From contig JANWYG010000010.1 of NCBI GenBank assembly GCA_025057015.1, positions 30,506-94,505 of the forward strand: a stretch of DNA of 64,000 nt, read 5' to 3'. Shown in pieces: positions 28,403 through 38,775 of this stretch. How positions within the stretch are numbered: position 1 is the stretch's first letter; each line of letters opens with the position of its first letter. The translations under genes were made by a program, and so were the position numbers. A model generated the notes under the pieces. The model saw nothing but the letters and a program-made list of their open reading frames with translations. It was not told the origin of the DNA and ran no database searches. Source of the DNA: Blastocatellia bacterium. Lineage in GTDB: Bacteria > Acidobacteriota > Blastocatellia > Chloracidobacteriales > JADJPF01.

Positions 28403-29254
28403 TTACCTTGTAGTAAGTTGCGTGCCGAGTTTAATAGCGCAGTGAGTCAGTCTTATGTAGTCTTCTACAGACAGAGCTTCGGCTCGAACTCTGGGATCGA
28501 TATCAGCAGCTGCGAGTAGCTCTATTATTTGCTCGGAATCGATGCCGGTCTTTAGGCAGTTTGAGATAGTCTTTCTGCGCTGTGAGAAAGCCAGCCTTAC
28601 TATTTTGTGGAAAAGTTTCTCGGCAGATTCTTCTAGCTTTTCTGGCTTAAATTCTAGCCTTACTACAGCAGACTCGACTTTAGGCACAGGCCGAAATGCC
28701 TGAGGCCGTACCTTCAATATCTTGGTCACTTTGCAATAAAGGTTAGTTAGTACTGTTAAGCTACTGTAGTCTTTCGATGCTGGTGGACTCAGTAGTCTAT
28801 CGGCTACCTCCTCTTGTAACATCAGCGTCATGTCGGCTAGCTGTTTGCGGTATGCTATGAGCTTCATAATCACTGCAGTGGAGATATAGTAGGGTAAGTT
28901 AGCAACTACCCGTGCTTGTGGTTTGAGCAGAGGTCTTTGCTGCAAAACATCTTCTATGATTTTAGCAAGTGGGAAGTCTAAGATATCGCCTTGAAATAGC
29001 AGCAGATTGTCTTGGCGTAAGATCTGAGCTAGTAAATTGACAAGTGTGCGGTCAAGTTCGACTGCGATGACGCAGCCGGCAAACAGGACAAGCTGTTTAG
29101 TTAGAGCTCCACGCCCAGGACCTATTTCTAGGATTAGATCGTTTTTTGATGGTGCTACTGAAGCTAGAATTTTGTCCGTTACTCGCTCGTCTATGAGGAA
29201 GTGTTGGCCAAGGGTTTTTTTTGGCCTTAAGTTGTTGGATAAGCTACGATGCAT
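28403..29254 (-). CDS. rsmA: 16S rRNA (adenine1518/1519-N6)-dimethyltransferase
   Basis: LGQHFL, EIGPGRGALT and NLPYYIST. Confidence 0.9.
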   Translation of the reverse strand: MHRSLSNNLRPKKTLGQHFLIDERVTDKILASVAPSKNDLILEIGPGRGALTKQLVLFAGCVIAVELDRTLVNLLAQILRQDNLLLFQGDILDFPLAKIIEDVLQQRPLLKPQARVVANLPYYISTAVIMKLIAYRKQLADMTLMLQEEVADRLLSPPASKDYSSLTVLTNLYCKVTKILKVRPQAFRPVPKVESAVVRLEFKPEKLEESAEKLFHKIVRLAFSQRRKTISNCLKTGIDSEQIIELLAAADIDPRVRAEALSVEDYIRLTHCAIKLGTQLTTR

Positions 29255-30336
29255 ATATCCGTATCTAGCTGGCTTACGCTTTCAATCTTGAATCTTAGTG
29301 CTTGTGAAAGAGTATCGAAACCTTGACCGCCGATGAAAGAAGGAGCACTTGTCCCACCGACTGTAAGCGGTGCTACGAAGAGTGTCAGCTTATCGACGTA
29401 GCTATGGGTTATAAACTGCCAATTGATTTCACTACCTCCTTCAACTATCAGGCTGGTAATTTGCATTTCACTGAGCCGGTCTAGTACCGACCGCAGGTAG
29501 TCTTCTTGAGGGCAGAAGATGACTTTTGCACCACGCTCTGTAAGTGCTTCGACTGTCTCTTTCAGTCGCGTTTTGCCGTGATAGCTTGCTGCGTGCAGTT
29601 CACAAGCGAATATCGATACCGGGGCAGAATTTCTGAAAAGTCTTGCATTTACGGGTGTTCTAAGCCTTCGGTCTAGTATTACTCGGTGAAGTGGCCTGTG
29701 ACGGTCAGCCGCTATCCTCAAAGTGAGCTCTGGATCGTCAGCAAGAACCGTTCCACTACCGACAGCTATGGCGTCGTATTCAGCTCTAAGTAGCTGCGAG
29801 CGATACCTAGATGCTTCGGAAGTTATCCAGCGGGAGTGCCCGCGGCGAGTAGCTATCTTGCCGTCGAGCGTGATGGCGGACTTAAGGTGGATGAAAGGAC
29901 GCTTGCTGGTGATATATTTGATAAAGATTTCGTTGAGTTTTTCGGCTTCCTTGCGCAGTACACCCACATGGGTCTGTATTCCTGCGGTGCGCAGTTCTTC
30001 GATACCGCGTCCGGCGACCATTGGATTGGGATCGGACATGGCTACTACGACGCGGCTAATTCCTGCGTTAATAAGTGCTTTGCTGCAAGGTGGAGTACGG
30101 CCATAATGGCAGCAGGGTTCGAGCGTGACATAGCAAGTGGCCTCTTTAGCTGAAGCAGCTGCTTGTTGTAAAGCGATTATCTCGGCATGGTGTAAGCCAG
30201 CGTAAGTATGATAGCCCTCACCAACCACTTCACCGTTCTTTACTATTACTGCGCCAACCATGGGATTAGGACTTACTTGACCTCGACCTTTAGCAGCTAG
30301 TTCGAGCGCGCGTCGCATGAATAGTTCGTCGTTCAT
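29227..30336 (-). CDS. ribD: Bifunctional riboflavin biosynthesis deaminase/reductase
   Basis: HAEIIAL, TLEPCCHYGRTPPC and the C-terminal reductase domain. Confidence 0.9.
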   Translation of the reverse strand: MNDELFMRRALELAAKGRGQVSPNPMVGAVIVKNGEVVGEGYHTYAGLHHAEIIALQQAAASAKEATCYVTLEPCCHYGRTPPCSKALINAGISRVVVAMSDPNPMVAGRGIEELRTAGIQTHVGVLRKEAEKLNEIFIKYITSKRPFIHLKSAITLDGKIATRRGHSRWITSEASRYRSQLLRAEYDAIAVGSGTVLADDPELTLRIAADRHRPLHRVILDRRLRTPVNARLFRNSAPVSIFACELHAASYHGKTRLKETVEALTERGAKVIFCPQEDYLRSVLDRLSEMQITSLIVEGGSEINWQFITHSYVDKLTLFVAPLTVGGTSAPSFIGGQGFDTLSQALRFKIESVSQLDTDICIVAYPTT

Positions 30337-31697
30337 AACTGTTTTTTTACCTCGGCAGGAACGCCGTAGGCTAGTGAACTTTCGGGGATGTCTCTTGTTA
30401 CCACTGAGCCTGCACCCGTTACAGCGTTTTTTCCTACAGACACCGGTGCTATTAGCATCGTGTCGCTGCCTATACGTGCGCCATCTCCTATGATCGTGCG
30501 ATGCTTTTGCTTGCCATCATAGTTACACGTAATGGTCCCTGCACCTATATTGACTCCGGTTCCGATAGTTGCATCTCCGAGATACGACAGATGCATGGCC
30601 TTAGTATTCTTGCCGATAGAGGACTTTTTAACTTCTACGAAGTTACCTATAGCAGCTCCCGACTGGAGATGAGCTCCCATTCTGATATGGGCAAAAGGAC
30701 CTACACTTACGCCATCGTCTAATGTTGAGTCACAGATGATGCTGTAGTCTTTTACTGTTACGTTGTTACCGAGGATGCAGTTTGTAAGTCGAGCTCCGGT
30801 ACCTATCGTGCAGTCTTGGCCTATGATGGTTTTACCTTCGAGTCTTACTCCGGGATAGATATAGCTATCTTGGCCTACAGTGACGTCTAGGTCGATATAC
30901 GTGGTTTCTGGATTAAGAATAGTCACCCCCGCCAGTAAGAGTTTATGGCACTTATCCATTCTCAAGATTCGGTCTGCTGTTACTAGGTCGCTACGATCAT
31001 TTATACCTAGAACTTCTTGGGAATTAGGTGTTTTGAGCAAGCACACACGTCTACCTGTTGCTAGCGCTAGCTTTGGTATGTCGGTTAGGTAGAGCTCGTT
31101 TTGGGCATTTTGTGGAGTGACAGCGTCTAGCAGCTCGAACAGGATCTTGCTGTCAAAGCAGTATATACCGGTGTTTATCTCCCTTATGCCAAGTTCTAGC
31201 TCTGTAGCGTCACGATGTTCTACTATTTTGCAGAAAGAGCCATCCTGATTTCGAATAATTCTTCCGTAGCCGGTAGGATCTTTGACTTCGGTAGAAAGTA
31301 TAGTTGCAGCGGCGGCATTTTCCATGTGTGTGCGCTTCAGTTCGTTTAGGGTGGGTGGGCTTAGCAATGGAACATCGCCAGACAGTACCGCTACTATGCC
31401 ATCATAGTTTACAAGTAGCGGTTTAGCAGCTGCTACAGCATCAGCCGTGCCACGCTGAACTGATTGCAGGGCAAACTCCAAGCTACAAGAACTGTTATGT
31501 ATGCCGTTTAGATAGGCCTTGACGTCTTCGGCTTGGTGGCCAACTACGACGATTATTCTCTCTGGAAAGAGAGATAGAGCAGCTTCATAGACATATCTTA
31601 TTAGTGGCCTGCCTGCTATATGATGCAGCACTTTAGCGAGTTTTGACTTCATGCGGGTGCCTAGGCCGGCGGCAAGTATTAGGACTACGGTGCTCAA
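30333..31697 (-). CDS. glmU: Bifunctional UDP-N-acetylglucosamine pyrophosphorylase / GlcN-1-P acetyltransferase
   Basis: VLILAAGLGTRMKS N-terminus and C-terminal hexapeptide repeats. 454 aa. Confidence 0.9.
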   Translation of the reverse strand: MSTVVLILAAGLGTRMKSKLAKVLHHIAGRPLIRYVYEAALSLFPERIIVVVGHQAEDVKAYLNGIHNSSCSLEFALQSVQRGTADAVAAAKPLLVNYDGIVAVLSGDVPLLSPPTLNELKRTHMENAAAATILSTEVKDPTGYGRIIRNQDGSFCKIVEHRDATELELGIREINTGIYCFDSKILFELLDAVTPQNAQNELYLTDIPKLALATGRRVCLLKTPNSQEVLGINDRSDLVTADRILRMDKCHKLLLAGVTILNPETTYIDLDVTVGQDSYIYPGVRLEGKTIIGQDCTIGTGARLTNCILGNNVTVKDYSIICDSTLDDGVSVGPFAHIRMGAHLQSGAAIGNFVEVKKSSIGKNTKAMHLSYLGDATIGTGVNIGAGTITCNYDGKQKHRTIIGDGARIGSDTMLIAPVSVGKNAVTGAGSVVTRDIPESSLAYGVPAEVKKQL

Positions 31698-32698
31698 ATT
31701 TTTATCCCTCTCTCTGCTAAGATTTTAATGAGTAATTGTGCCAACTTCTGTGGGCTATGGCGTACTTTATCGCAGCAGTCCAGAAGATCGTCTGCTACGA
31801 GTCGGATACTTCTACTGTTGACTTGCAAGAGGCCGTGATTTGCTTCTTGGAGGCCTATTTGGTAAGCACCATCTGCGGCATATAGCTTTTGCTGGGCTTC
31901 TGAGATAGGTCGGTTGTTTACTACTACTATGTCTATAGTGAGTTCTGGGGCTGCATCGAAGATAGCCGCCAGGTGCTTTGTGAGATCGTAGCCTATGGTT
32001 TCACCAGGTTGTGTCATGATATTAGCTACATAGACTTTTGTAGCGGCTGATTCAGCTATAGCTTTAGCGATGCCTTCGACTAATAGGTTAGGTATAACGC
32101 TAGTATAAAGCGAGCCTGGGCCTAGAGTGATGAGATCAGCTTCGCGGATAGCGTCAAGCGCTTCCTGAAGAGGCAGGCAGCGTTTTGGGGACAGCCACAC
32201 TTTAGATATGCCGACCTGCGAAGCAGTAATGTTGCTTTCGCCGTGTACTATCTGTCCGTTAGTCAATTCTGCGTGTAGCGTGACATCGGTCATTGTTGAA
32301 GGGAAGATGCGGCCGCGAACAGCTAGGACTTCGCTTGAGAGCTTTATAGCTTCCAGGAAGTCACCTGTGACGCCGGTCAGTGCGGTAAGAAAGAGGTTGC
32401 CGAAGCTGTGTCCGTTTAGTCCACCGTTGCCTGCAAAGCGGTACTGAAAGAGCTTTGCTAAGAGCTTTTCATCTTCTGATAGGGCTACTAGGCAGTTTCT
32501 GATGTCACCAGGGGGCAAGATGTTGAATTCTTCTCTAATGCGGCCACTCGAACCGCCGTCGTCAGTAACGGTCACTATAGCGGTAAGTGAGCTGACTGTC
32601 AGGTCAGTTACTATCTCGGCTGGTTCGACGTAGCGTTTTATTCCGGACAGCAAGGTAGACAATCCTGTGCCGCCGCCTATCGAAACTATTTTGCTCAT
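31694..32698 (-). CDS. YvcK/CofD-family (UPF0052) gluconeogenesis-factor-like protein
   Basis: IGGGTGLSTLL, VTDDGGSSGR and GPGSLYTSV. Confidence 0.85.
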   Translation of the reverse strand: MSKIVSIGGGTGLSTLLSGIKRYVEPAEIVTDLTVSSLTAIVTVTDDGGSSGRIREEFNILPPGDIRNCLVALSEDEKLLAKLFQYRFAGNGGLNGHSFGNLFLTALTGVTGDFLEAIKLSSEVLAVRGRIFPSTMTDVTLHAELTNGQIVHGESNITASQVGISKVWLSPKRCLPLQEALDAIREADLITLGPGSLYTSVIPNLLVEGIAKAIAESAATKVYVANIMTQPGETIGYDLTKHLAAIFDAAPELTIDIVVVNNRPISEAQQKLYAADGAYQIGLQEANHGLLQVNSRSIRLVADDLLDCCDKVRHSPQKLAQLLIKILAERGIKI

Positions 32699-33363
32699 TT
32701 GTTATCCTCCGAGCGGAGGATATATCCGCCGCGGCCGTTAGTTTTTGCTAACTTGTGCAACTGGGCACTATGTTCATACTGTGGCAACGAGTTTTGTAGA
32801 TTTTGATATAGGATTTGCAAGCGTTTGCGCGTAGAGACAAGTTCAAGCAGAAGCTGCTTAGTTTGGTCAGTCATTTTCAGCGCATTGGCGACGGCGAAAG
32901 AGAGTTCTTCGGGCGAGTCAGGCAGTGCTGGGAGTGCTTCTCCGTTTATCTCTTTCATTGCCGAGCTGATGCGGCTATAGAGTTCTCTGACTCGAGCTAT
33001 GTCTTCATCCAGGTTTTCTTCTTCATCGTCTGTAAATAGCTCTACTTCTGCGTTAAGGTAGGGTTTCATGGCCAAGTAGGAGAGGGTTCTGTAGCGGATG
33101 CTACCGAGTGTCAGTAGGTTTTTGCGTCCATCTTCTAGGGCGATTACTGCCATTATTTGAGCTACTGTACCGACACGCCCAAGCGGTGGCGCGGCCGGCG
33201 GGTTTTCCGAGTAGGTTATGCCGAAAGCGCTGTCTGCTTGCAAGCAACGTTCTGTCATCAGCTTGTATCTTTCCTCGAAGATGTGCAACGGCAGTAAGCT
33301 TCCGGGGAGCAGTGCAAGCGGCAGCGGAAATATAGGTAACTGCCTTAGACTTAGCACACCCAT
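32695..33363 (-). CDS. Lon N-terminal (LON substrate-binding) domain protein
   Basis: LPIFPLP.ALLPGSLLPLHIFEERYK. Confidence 0.8.
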   Translation of the reverse strand: MGVLSLRQLPIFPLPLALLPGSLLPLHIFEERYKLMTERCLQADSAFGITYSENPPAAPPLGRVGTVAQIMAVIALEDGRKNLLTLGSIRYRTLSYLAMKPYLNAEVELFTDDEEENLDEDIARVRELYSRISSAMKEINGEALPALPDSPEELSFAVANALKMTDQTKQLLLELVSTRKRLQILYQNLQNSLPQYEHSAQLHKLAKTNGRGGYILRSEDNK

Positions 33364-33365
33364 TG

Positions 33366-35168
33366 CTATTCTCCCACACGCAAGACGGCTAGAAAAGCCT
33401 CTTGCGGGATTTCTACCTTTCCGATCTTTTTCATTCTCTTCTTACCTTCTTTTTGTTTTTCTAAGAGCTTCCTCTTTCTGGTAATATCGCCTCCATAGCA
33501 CTTGGCAAGGACGTTTTTTCGCATAGCTTTGACGGTTTCGCGAGCTATGATCTTGCTACCTATAGCAGCTTGGATGGGTACTTCGAAAAGCTGACGTGGG
33601 ATGAGCTCCTTCATTTTTGCTACTAGAGCTCGGCCCTTTTGATAAGCGCCGTCTTGATGAACTATCAAAGAGAGCGCGTCTACTGGTTCACCTGAGACAA
33701 GTATGTCCAGCTTTACTAGCTTGGATTCTTGATAGCCAGCAAGATGATAGTCTAAAGATGCATATCCTCTAGAGACCGACTTTAGCCTGTCGTAGAAGTC
33801 GAGGACTATTTCGTTCAACGGTAGATCGTAAGTTAACATCACTCGCTTAGAGGAAATGTACTCAAAGCCTTTCTGCACGCCGCGTTTTTCTTCAAGTAAT
33901 CGTAGTATGGGGCCTAAGAATTCATCGTTAGTCATTATAGTGGCCTGTATTATTGGTTCTTCCATTTTAGCTATCTTGCCAGGATCGGGCAGCTTAGAGG
34001 GGCTGTCAACCTCTAAGATCTCTCCGGCGGTCGTATGGACGCGATAACGTACAGATGGTGCTGTCGTGATCAGTTCGAGCGAGAATTCTCTTTCGAGGCG
34101 CTCTTGTACTATTTCCATATGTAGTAGACCGAGGAAGCCACATCTGAAGCCGAAACCAAGAGCGAGTGAGGTTTCTGGTTCGTAGAAAAACGAGGAGTCG
34201 TTTAGCCGCAATTTTTCCAGAGCATCTCTCAGTTCCTCATACTTATCGCTGTCGACGGGATAGAGGCCTGAAAAGACCATAGGTTTTATCTGTTGAAATC
34301 CGGGAAAAGGTTCTGCTGTGGGGCGGGCACTTTCAGTTACTGTGTCTCCTATCTGCACGTCGGATATGGTCTTTATGTTTGAGACAAGGAAACCGACTTC
34401 GCCTGCAGAGAGGACGTCAATTTGTTTGGGCTTTGGTGTAAGCACGCCGAGAGCTTCGACCTGGTACTCGCTTCCGGTGGCCATGAAACGGATCTTCATG
34501 CCTGGTCTCAAAGTACCATCTATGAGCCTTAGCATGACGATCACTCCTCGGTAGTTATCGAACCAAGAGTCAAAGATTAGTGCTTTGAGTGGCGCTTGTG
34601 GATCACCTTTTGGTGGTGGTATTCGCTTTATTATCGCTTCAAGAATGTCTTCTGTACCGATACCGGTCTTAGCACTTGCGAGGATTGCCTGGCTGGCGTC
34701 TATACCTACGACTTGTTCGATCTGCTCTTTGACCTTGTCAGGTTCCGCTGAGGGCAGGTCTATTTTGTTAATTACTGGCACTAGTTCGAGATTGTGGTCT
34801 ATTGCGAGATAGGCATTTGCGAGCGTTTGTGCTTCAACTCCTTGGGAGGCGTCTACTACGAGTAGAGCTCCTTCACAGGCTGAAAGTGAGCGCGAGACTT
34901 CGTAGGAGAAATCGACATGGCCGGGAGTATCTATCAGGTTGAGTATATAATTGTTGCCGTCTTTAGCAGTGTACTGCAGCCGGACGGCGTGAGCTTTTAT
35001 CGTAATACCACGTTCGCGTTCGAGATCCATAGCGTCGAGGACTTGCTCAGCCATCTCGCGTTGTGACAATGCCCCTGTAAACTCCAGCAACCGATCGGCC
35101 AAGGTGGACTTGCCGTGGTCGATGTGGGCTATTATGGAAAAGTTTCTTATAGAGCTCAGCACCGACAT
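33366..35168 (-). CDS. lepA: Translation elongation factor 4
   Basis: [20 protein letters not shown] and DTPGHVDF, with the full-length LepA C-terminus. ATG 35168 is preferred over the ORF start at 35198. Confidence 0.95.
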   Translation of the reverse strand: MSVLSSIRNFSIIAHIDHGKSTLADRLLEFTGALSQREMAEQVLDAMDLERERGITIKAHAVRLQYTAKDGNNYILNLIDTPGHVDFSYEVSRSLSACEGALLVVDASQGVEAQTLANAYLAIDHNLELVPVINKIDLPSAEPDKVKEQIEQVVGIDASQAILASAKTGIGTEDILEAIIKRIPPPKGDPQAPLKALIFDSWFDNYRGVIVMLRLIDGTLRPGMKIRFMATGSEYQVEALGVLTPKPKQIDVLSAGEVGFLVSNIKTISDVQIGDTVTESARPTAEPFPGFQQIKPMVFSGLYPVDSDKYEELRDALEKLRLNDSSFFYEPETSLALGFGFRCGFLGLLHMEIVQERLEREFSLELITTAPSVRYRVHTTAGEILEVDSPSKLPDPGKIAKMEEPIIQATIMTNDEFLGPILRLLEEKRGVQKGFEYISSKRVMLTYDLPLNEIVLDFYDRLKSVSRGYASLDYHLAGYQESKLVKLDILVSGEPVDALSLIVHQDGAYQKGRALVAKMKELIPRQLFEVPIQAAIGSKIIARETVKAMRKNVLAKCYGGDITRKRKLLEKQKEGKKRMKKIGKVEIPQEAFLAVLRVGE

Positions 35169-35252
35169 AAATGTTTCCTTCAGGAAAAAATAGATCAAAA
35201 CTTTTCAAAATACTATAACTGACGTTCGGCTGCCAGGACAGTGAGCAGTTTT

Positions 35253-36197
35253 TCAGGCAAGCAGGCTATCGCGGGCAAGCATTGCAGCGCCGAGCACGCC
35301 TGCTCGGTCTTTTAGGCTAGACAGCACTATTCTACACTCAGCAAACGAAGGGGCAAACGAGCGCAGCCTAGTTTCTTCTATAATAGGCCTGAGCAGTATT
35401 TCTCCTACGGCCATCATCTTGCCGCCGAAGACCACGAGCTCTGGGTTGAGCAAGTTGATTAGGTTGCCAAGGGCAATTCCTATGTAGCTGCCGGTGCGTT
35501 CAAGCACGACGCGGGTCAGCTCATCACCGCTGAGGGCTGCTCGAATTACATCTTCTGGAGACATCTTTTGGTCTCTGGGTATAAGTAGCCGAGAAAGCGA
35601 TGAGGTACGATCGCGATAAAGTCTTTGTTGCACGCGTCGTACTATGTTTGGTCCAGAAGCCACAGTTTCTAAACATCCTGTGTTGCCACAAGTACACTCG
35701 TTGCCGTCAACATCGACCGTAGTATGCCCAAACTCACCGGCAAAACCGGATGAACCACGCCACATCTGTCCGCCTAGAATAATACCAGCACCTATGCCAG
35801 TTCCGATAGTTATGTATATCAGACTGTTGAAGCCTTTTGCTATGCCGTACAGCCATTCTCCATAGGCAGCCATGTTTGCGTCGTTGTCAACTACAACAGG
35901 TAGCCTCGTAGCCCGTAGTACCTCGTCTTGCAGCGATACCATAGTCAGATGTTGAAAGTTAGGCGAGAGCTCTATGCGTCCGGTCTTGAGGTTTATTAGT
36001 CCCGGTAGCCCTATGCCTACAGCTACTACTTGGTTCTCTGCTTGAGCTCTAAAGGCTTTGATTATTTCTATGAGTTGTGCAACTAGATCTTCAGATGGTT
36101 GATCTCTGCGTTCGGCAATTATCTTGCCTTCTGCATCGACCAAAGCAGAGCTAACTGAAGATCCTTCTAGTTCTATGCCTATATATAGCTTGTGCAT
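35253..36197 (-). CDS. ROK-family sugar kinase (glucokinase-like)
   Basis: ROK zinc motif CTCGNTGCLE, plus GIGLPG and DNDAN. ATG 36197 is preceded by GGAGG. Confidence 0.85.
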   Translation of the reverse strand: MHKLYIGIELEGSSVSSALVDAEGKIIAERRDQPSEDLVAQLIEIIKAFRAQAENQVVAVGIGLPGLINLKTGRIELSPNFQHLTMVSLQDEVLRATRLPVVVDNDANMAAYGEWLYGIAKGFNSLIYITIGTGIGAGIILGGQMWRGSSGFAGEFGHTTVDVDGNECTCGNTGCLETVASGPNIVRRVQQRLYRDRTSSLSRLLIPRDQKMSPEDVIRAALSGDELTRVVLERTGSYIGIALGNLINLLNPELVVFGGKMMAVGEILLRPIIEETRLRSFAPSFAECRIVLSSLKDRAGVLGAAMLARDSLLA

Positions 36198-36474
36198 AGT
36201 CCTCCTTCGCCCTGAATCCTTTATGGCTTGCGGCACCGGCATCATATAGCCGGGAGTTCCAGCAAGTCTGTTGGAAGCGTTTCTACACTACGAAGCCCGG
36301 GTCTGTTTCAGCTGGATGATTTTGTCCGGATCAGAGATATAATTTCATATCCGTCAGATTTTTGCCAGATTGACGCTAGAGCTTGGAGATGACGAGCTAT
36401 CTTAGCATTTTATAATTCAGCTAGTTGATCTGGGTATAGCCCGAGATCGAAAGCAATCTGATTTGGAGAGTGAT

Positions 36475-37239
36475 ATGAAAGCCGTAGTAGTAGCATTGTG
36501 TTTCGCTTTTTTGTGCGCGGATGCTTTAGCGCAATGTGACGACGGGGTGCCAGAGCTTGTATGTAAGGCTTCTAAGAATCAGGATCGCTCGCTTACTATG
36601 CGGGATCACTGTCGGTATCAGCAACGTGCTAGCGTGCAACTGTACAAGAAGCTGAAGGATGGTACAGCCGGATCGCTGGAAAAGACTCGTGAGACAACCG
36701 TTATAGTTGAGCCATCTATGCAGCCGGATGAGACCGGGCGCTATCCGGTTATTACGCGTGTTGTAGCGGACACTGATGACAAGGGCCGACCAAAGTCGAA
36801 GGTAGATCCAAACGCAAAGACTGGACTTACATCTGGTGCCTTTTTGGACATTATTTTCTTTCCGCTTCTGCCGGAGAAGCTTAAATACTATCAGTTTGAG
36901 GAACTAGAGTCTGATCGTGCTGGAGAAAAGCTCTTCAGATTTTATCCTAAGCCTGGAGCTACCCAAGAGCCTCTGGCTTCTGGGAAAGTGTATTTAAATC
37001 CGGAATCCGGAGCTGTACTTACTCTGAAAATAGAAGGGCTATACAATCTTGAGGTGATGGACAAGGTGCTGAAGAATCTAGGAAAAGTGTTTGCGACTGT
37101 AGATTTTTCGGAATTCGACGGGAAGTATCGGATGCCGACTTATGCTACCGGTGGTGGCATAAGCGACGTAAGAGGGTTTAAGGGGGTCTTTAAGTTCGTG
37201 TTTGAGGAATCAAAGTACACCCAAGTGCTCAAGCTGTAG
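36475..37239 (+). CDS. Hypothetical secreted protein
   Basis: GGAGAG lies before the ATG. Signal peptide MKAVVVALCFAFLCADALA. No family recognised. Confidence 0.55.
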   Translation: MKAVVVALCFAFLCADALAQCDDGVPELVCKASKNQDRSLTMRDHCRYQQRASVQLYKKLKDGTAGSLEKTRETTVIVEPSMQPDETGRYPVITRVVADTDDKGRPKSKVDPNAKTGLTSGAFLDIIFFPLLPEKLKYYQFEELESDRAGEKLFRFYPKPGATQEPLASGKVYLNPESGAVLTLKIEGLYNLEVMDKVLKNLGKVFATVDFSEFDGKYRMPTYATGGGISDVRGFKGVFKFVFEESKYTQVLKL

Positions 37240-37666
37240 GCTCTGTTTTGAGTTGGCTGAAGAGAGACTTAAGCAAGTTTTTATGCTTAACGTCGTCGAT
37301 TTCGTCGAGCAGCTTTGCTGCTAGGTCTATGGTGTAAGCAGCCTTGTTGGGCTTGCCTAGCATCTTGTGGCAAAGAGCTAACAGATAGAGTGTTAGGCAT
37401 CGCTTTAGCGGTAGTTGCAAGCTGGCGTACTGTTGCTGTGCTGATGCCAGCAAGGGTAGGGCTTTCTTATACTCCCGCTGTAGATAATATAACTGGCCTA
37501 ACATTTGGTTGGCTTCAGCGCTACCGGCTGCGTTTCCTGCGTCTTCGTAGAGATCTCGTGCTTCGGCACTAGCGCGCAGAGCTAGCAATAGCTCGCCTCT
37601 TTCGATACAGTAGCTTGCGTAAGCCATCAAGTAGTCTGCGTCTTTGTCAATTTTTGGGTCGGTCAC
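37229..37666 (-). CDS. TPR-like repeat protein
   Basis: Repeated A..Y..AL..Y helix-pair pattern (for example NQMLGQLYYLQREYKKALPLL). Confidence 0.55.
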   Translation of the reverse strand: MTDPKIDKDADYLMAYASYCIERGELLLALRASAEARDLYEDAGNAAGSAEANQMLGQLYYLQREYKKALPLLASAQQQYASLQLPLKRCLTLYLLALCHKMLGKPNKAAYTIDLAAKLLDEIDDVKHKNLLKSLFSQLKTEPTA

Positions 37667-38105
37667 TTTGTGCCTCTTTCAAAGCAGAGAAGTCTACTAC
37701 GAAGGAAATCAATCTGTTAGTGGCGTCAAGGACTGCACCTGCAGCGCCGTACAGCAGTCGATCGTCTGTGGTTATGCATGCGCCAGTAAGCAGGGTGGAG
37801 TATTCTTCGTATTTGCAATCAACCAGAGCAAGTAGCAGTGGGTTGTCCAAAAACTGTGGCTGCAGCTTTGAAGCTTTCAGTAGTGTCAGCGAAATTTGTG
37901 GCGGTAGTATAGTCTTTATGGCTTCCAGCGTTGCTGAGGCTGCAGCATAGATCATGTAGTCGTCGTCTTCGGTCACTGTTGATCTTCCAACAAATTGCAA
38001 TTTTGAGTAGCAAAGTACTACTTTGACCTGGGTTTTAGTATGCTGCTTTTCAGCTACTGATAGTATGTCTATCCGGCTGAGAACTAGTCTTCCACCTTGC
38101 GCCAT
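37647..38105 (-). CDS. Hypothetical protein with an internal duplication
   Basis: VGRSTVTEDDDYMIYAAASATLEAI is echoed by TGACITTDDRLLYGAAGAVLDATNRLI. No family recognised. Confidence 0.5.
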   Translation of the reverse strand: MAQGGRLVLSRIDILSVAEKQHTKTQVKVVLCYSKLQFVGRSTVTEDDDYMIYAAASATLEAIKTILPPQISLTLLKASKLQPQFLDNPLLLALVDCKYEEYSTLLTGACITTDDRLLYGAAGAVLDATNRLISFVVDFSALKEAQSDRPKN

Positions 38106-38195
38106 AACCGACTCGCAGTCGTTAGTTATAATAAACTATCAGGTAGCTATCTTAAAATCTTCTGTTTACACGGTCCCGGAGCAAAGCTAAAATCC

Positions 38196-38693
38196 ATGGA
38201 TATGGGAAGAGTGGTTTTAGTGGCATCAGTGTTGTCGGTCTTTGTAGCAGCAGTCTCCGCACAAGAGCCACTACAGCTCTACATACAGGAGAACTCTAGG
38301 TTAAAGAAACAGCTGACTGCTCTGGAAGCTGAATTAGCCCAGCTGCGTGCTCGACTAGAACAAGAGAAGGCAAGTAATCAGCAACTGAGAGCCACGCTCG
38401 AGCGAGTCAAGCCGCTAGTAGACAACCATGATCGTGAAGTTAATGCTCTTAGTGCTCAACTGAGAAGTGCAGAAGAACGCCTCCAGCGACAACGCATGTT
38501 CCTGATGCTCTCGATATGGATAATTGGCTTGCTTGTGCTTCTGGTTTTGGTCTACATCCAGCGACACTACTTTCTAAAGCTCATAAGGAGAGTAATCGAC
38601 GAGTCAAGTAGAAGACACCACCGCCAGCCGCTAGAAGACAACACCATCAAACCTGAAGAGATAGCTCAACGCCTTTATGGTAGCAGACGCTGA
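38196..38693 (+). CDS. Hypothetical membrane-anchored coiled-coil protein
   Basis: Signal-like MDMGRVVLVASVLSVFVAAVSA, a heptad region, and the TM segment MFLMLSIWIIGLLVLLVLVYI. Confidence 0.5.
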   Translation: MDMGRVVLVASVLSVFVAAVSAQEPLQLYIQENSRLKKQLTALEAELAQLRARLEQEKASNQQLRATLERVKPLVDNHDREVNALSAQLRSAEERLQRQRMFLMLSIWIIGLLVLLVLVYIQRHYFLKLIRRVIDESSRRHHRQPLEDNTIKPEEIAQRLYGSRR

Positions 38694-38775
38694 TTCTGTT
38701 TTGACAGAGAAGAAAAAGGCCGAGCTAATCAAGCTAGGTGATACGTTTTTGAGGCTTCGTTGAGGCGTTTAAAGG

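Noticed and set aside
30300-30400. FMN riboswitch upstream of ribD
   Set aside because: The ribD start overlaps the glmU stop (ATGA at 30333..30336), so there is no untranslated leader to hold a riboswitch.
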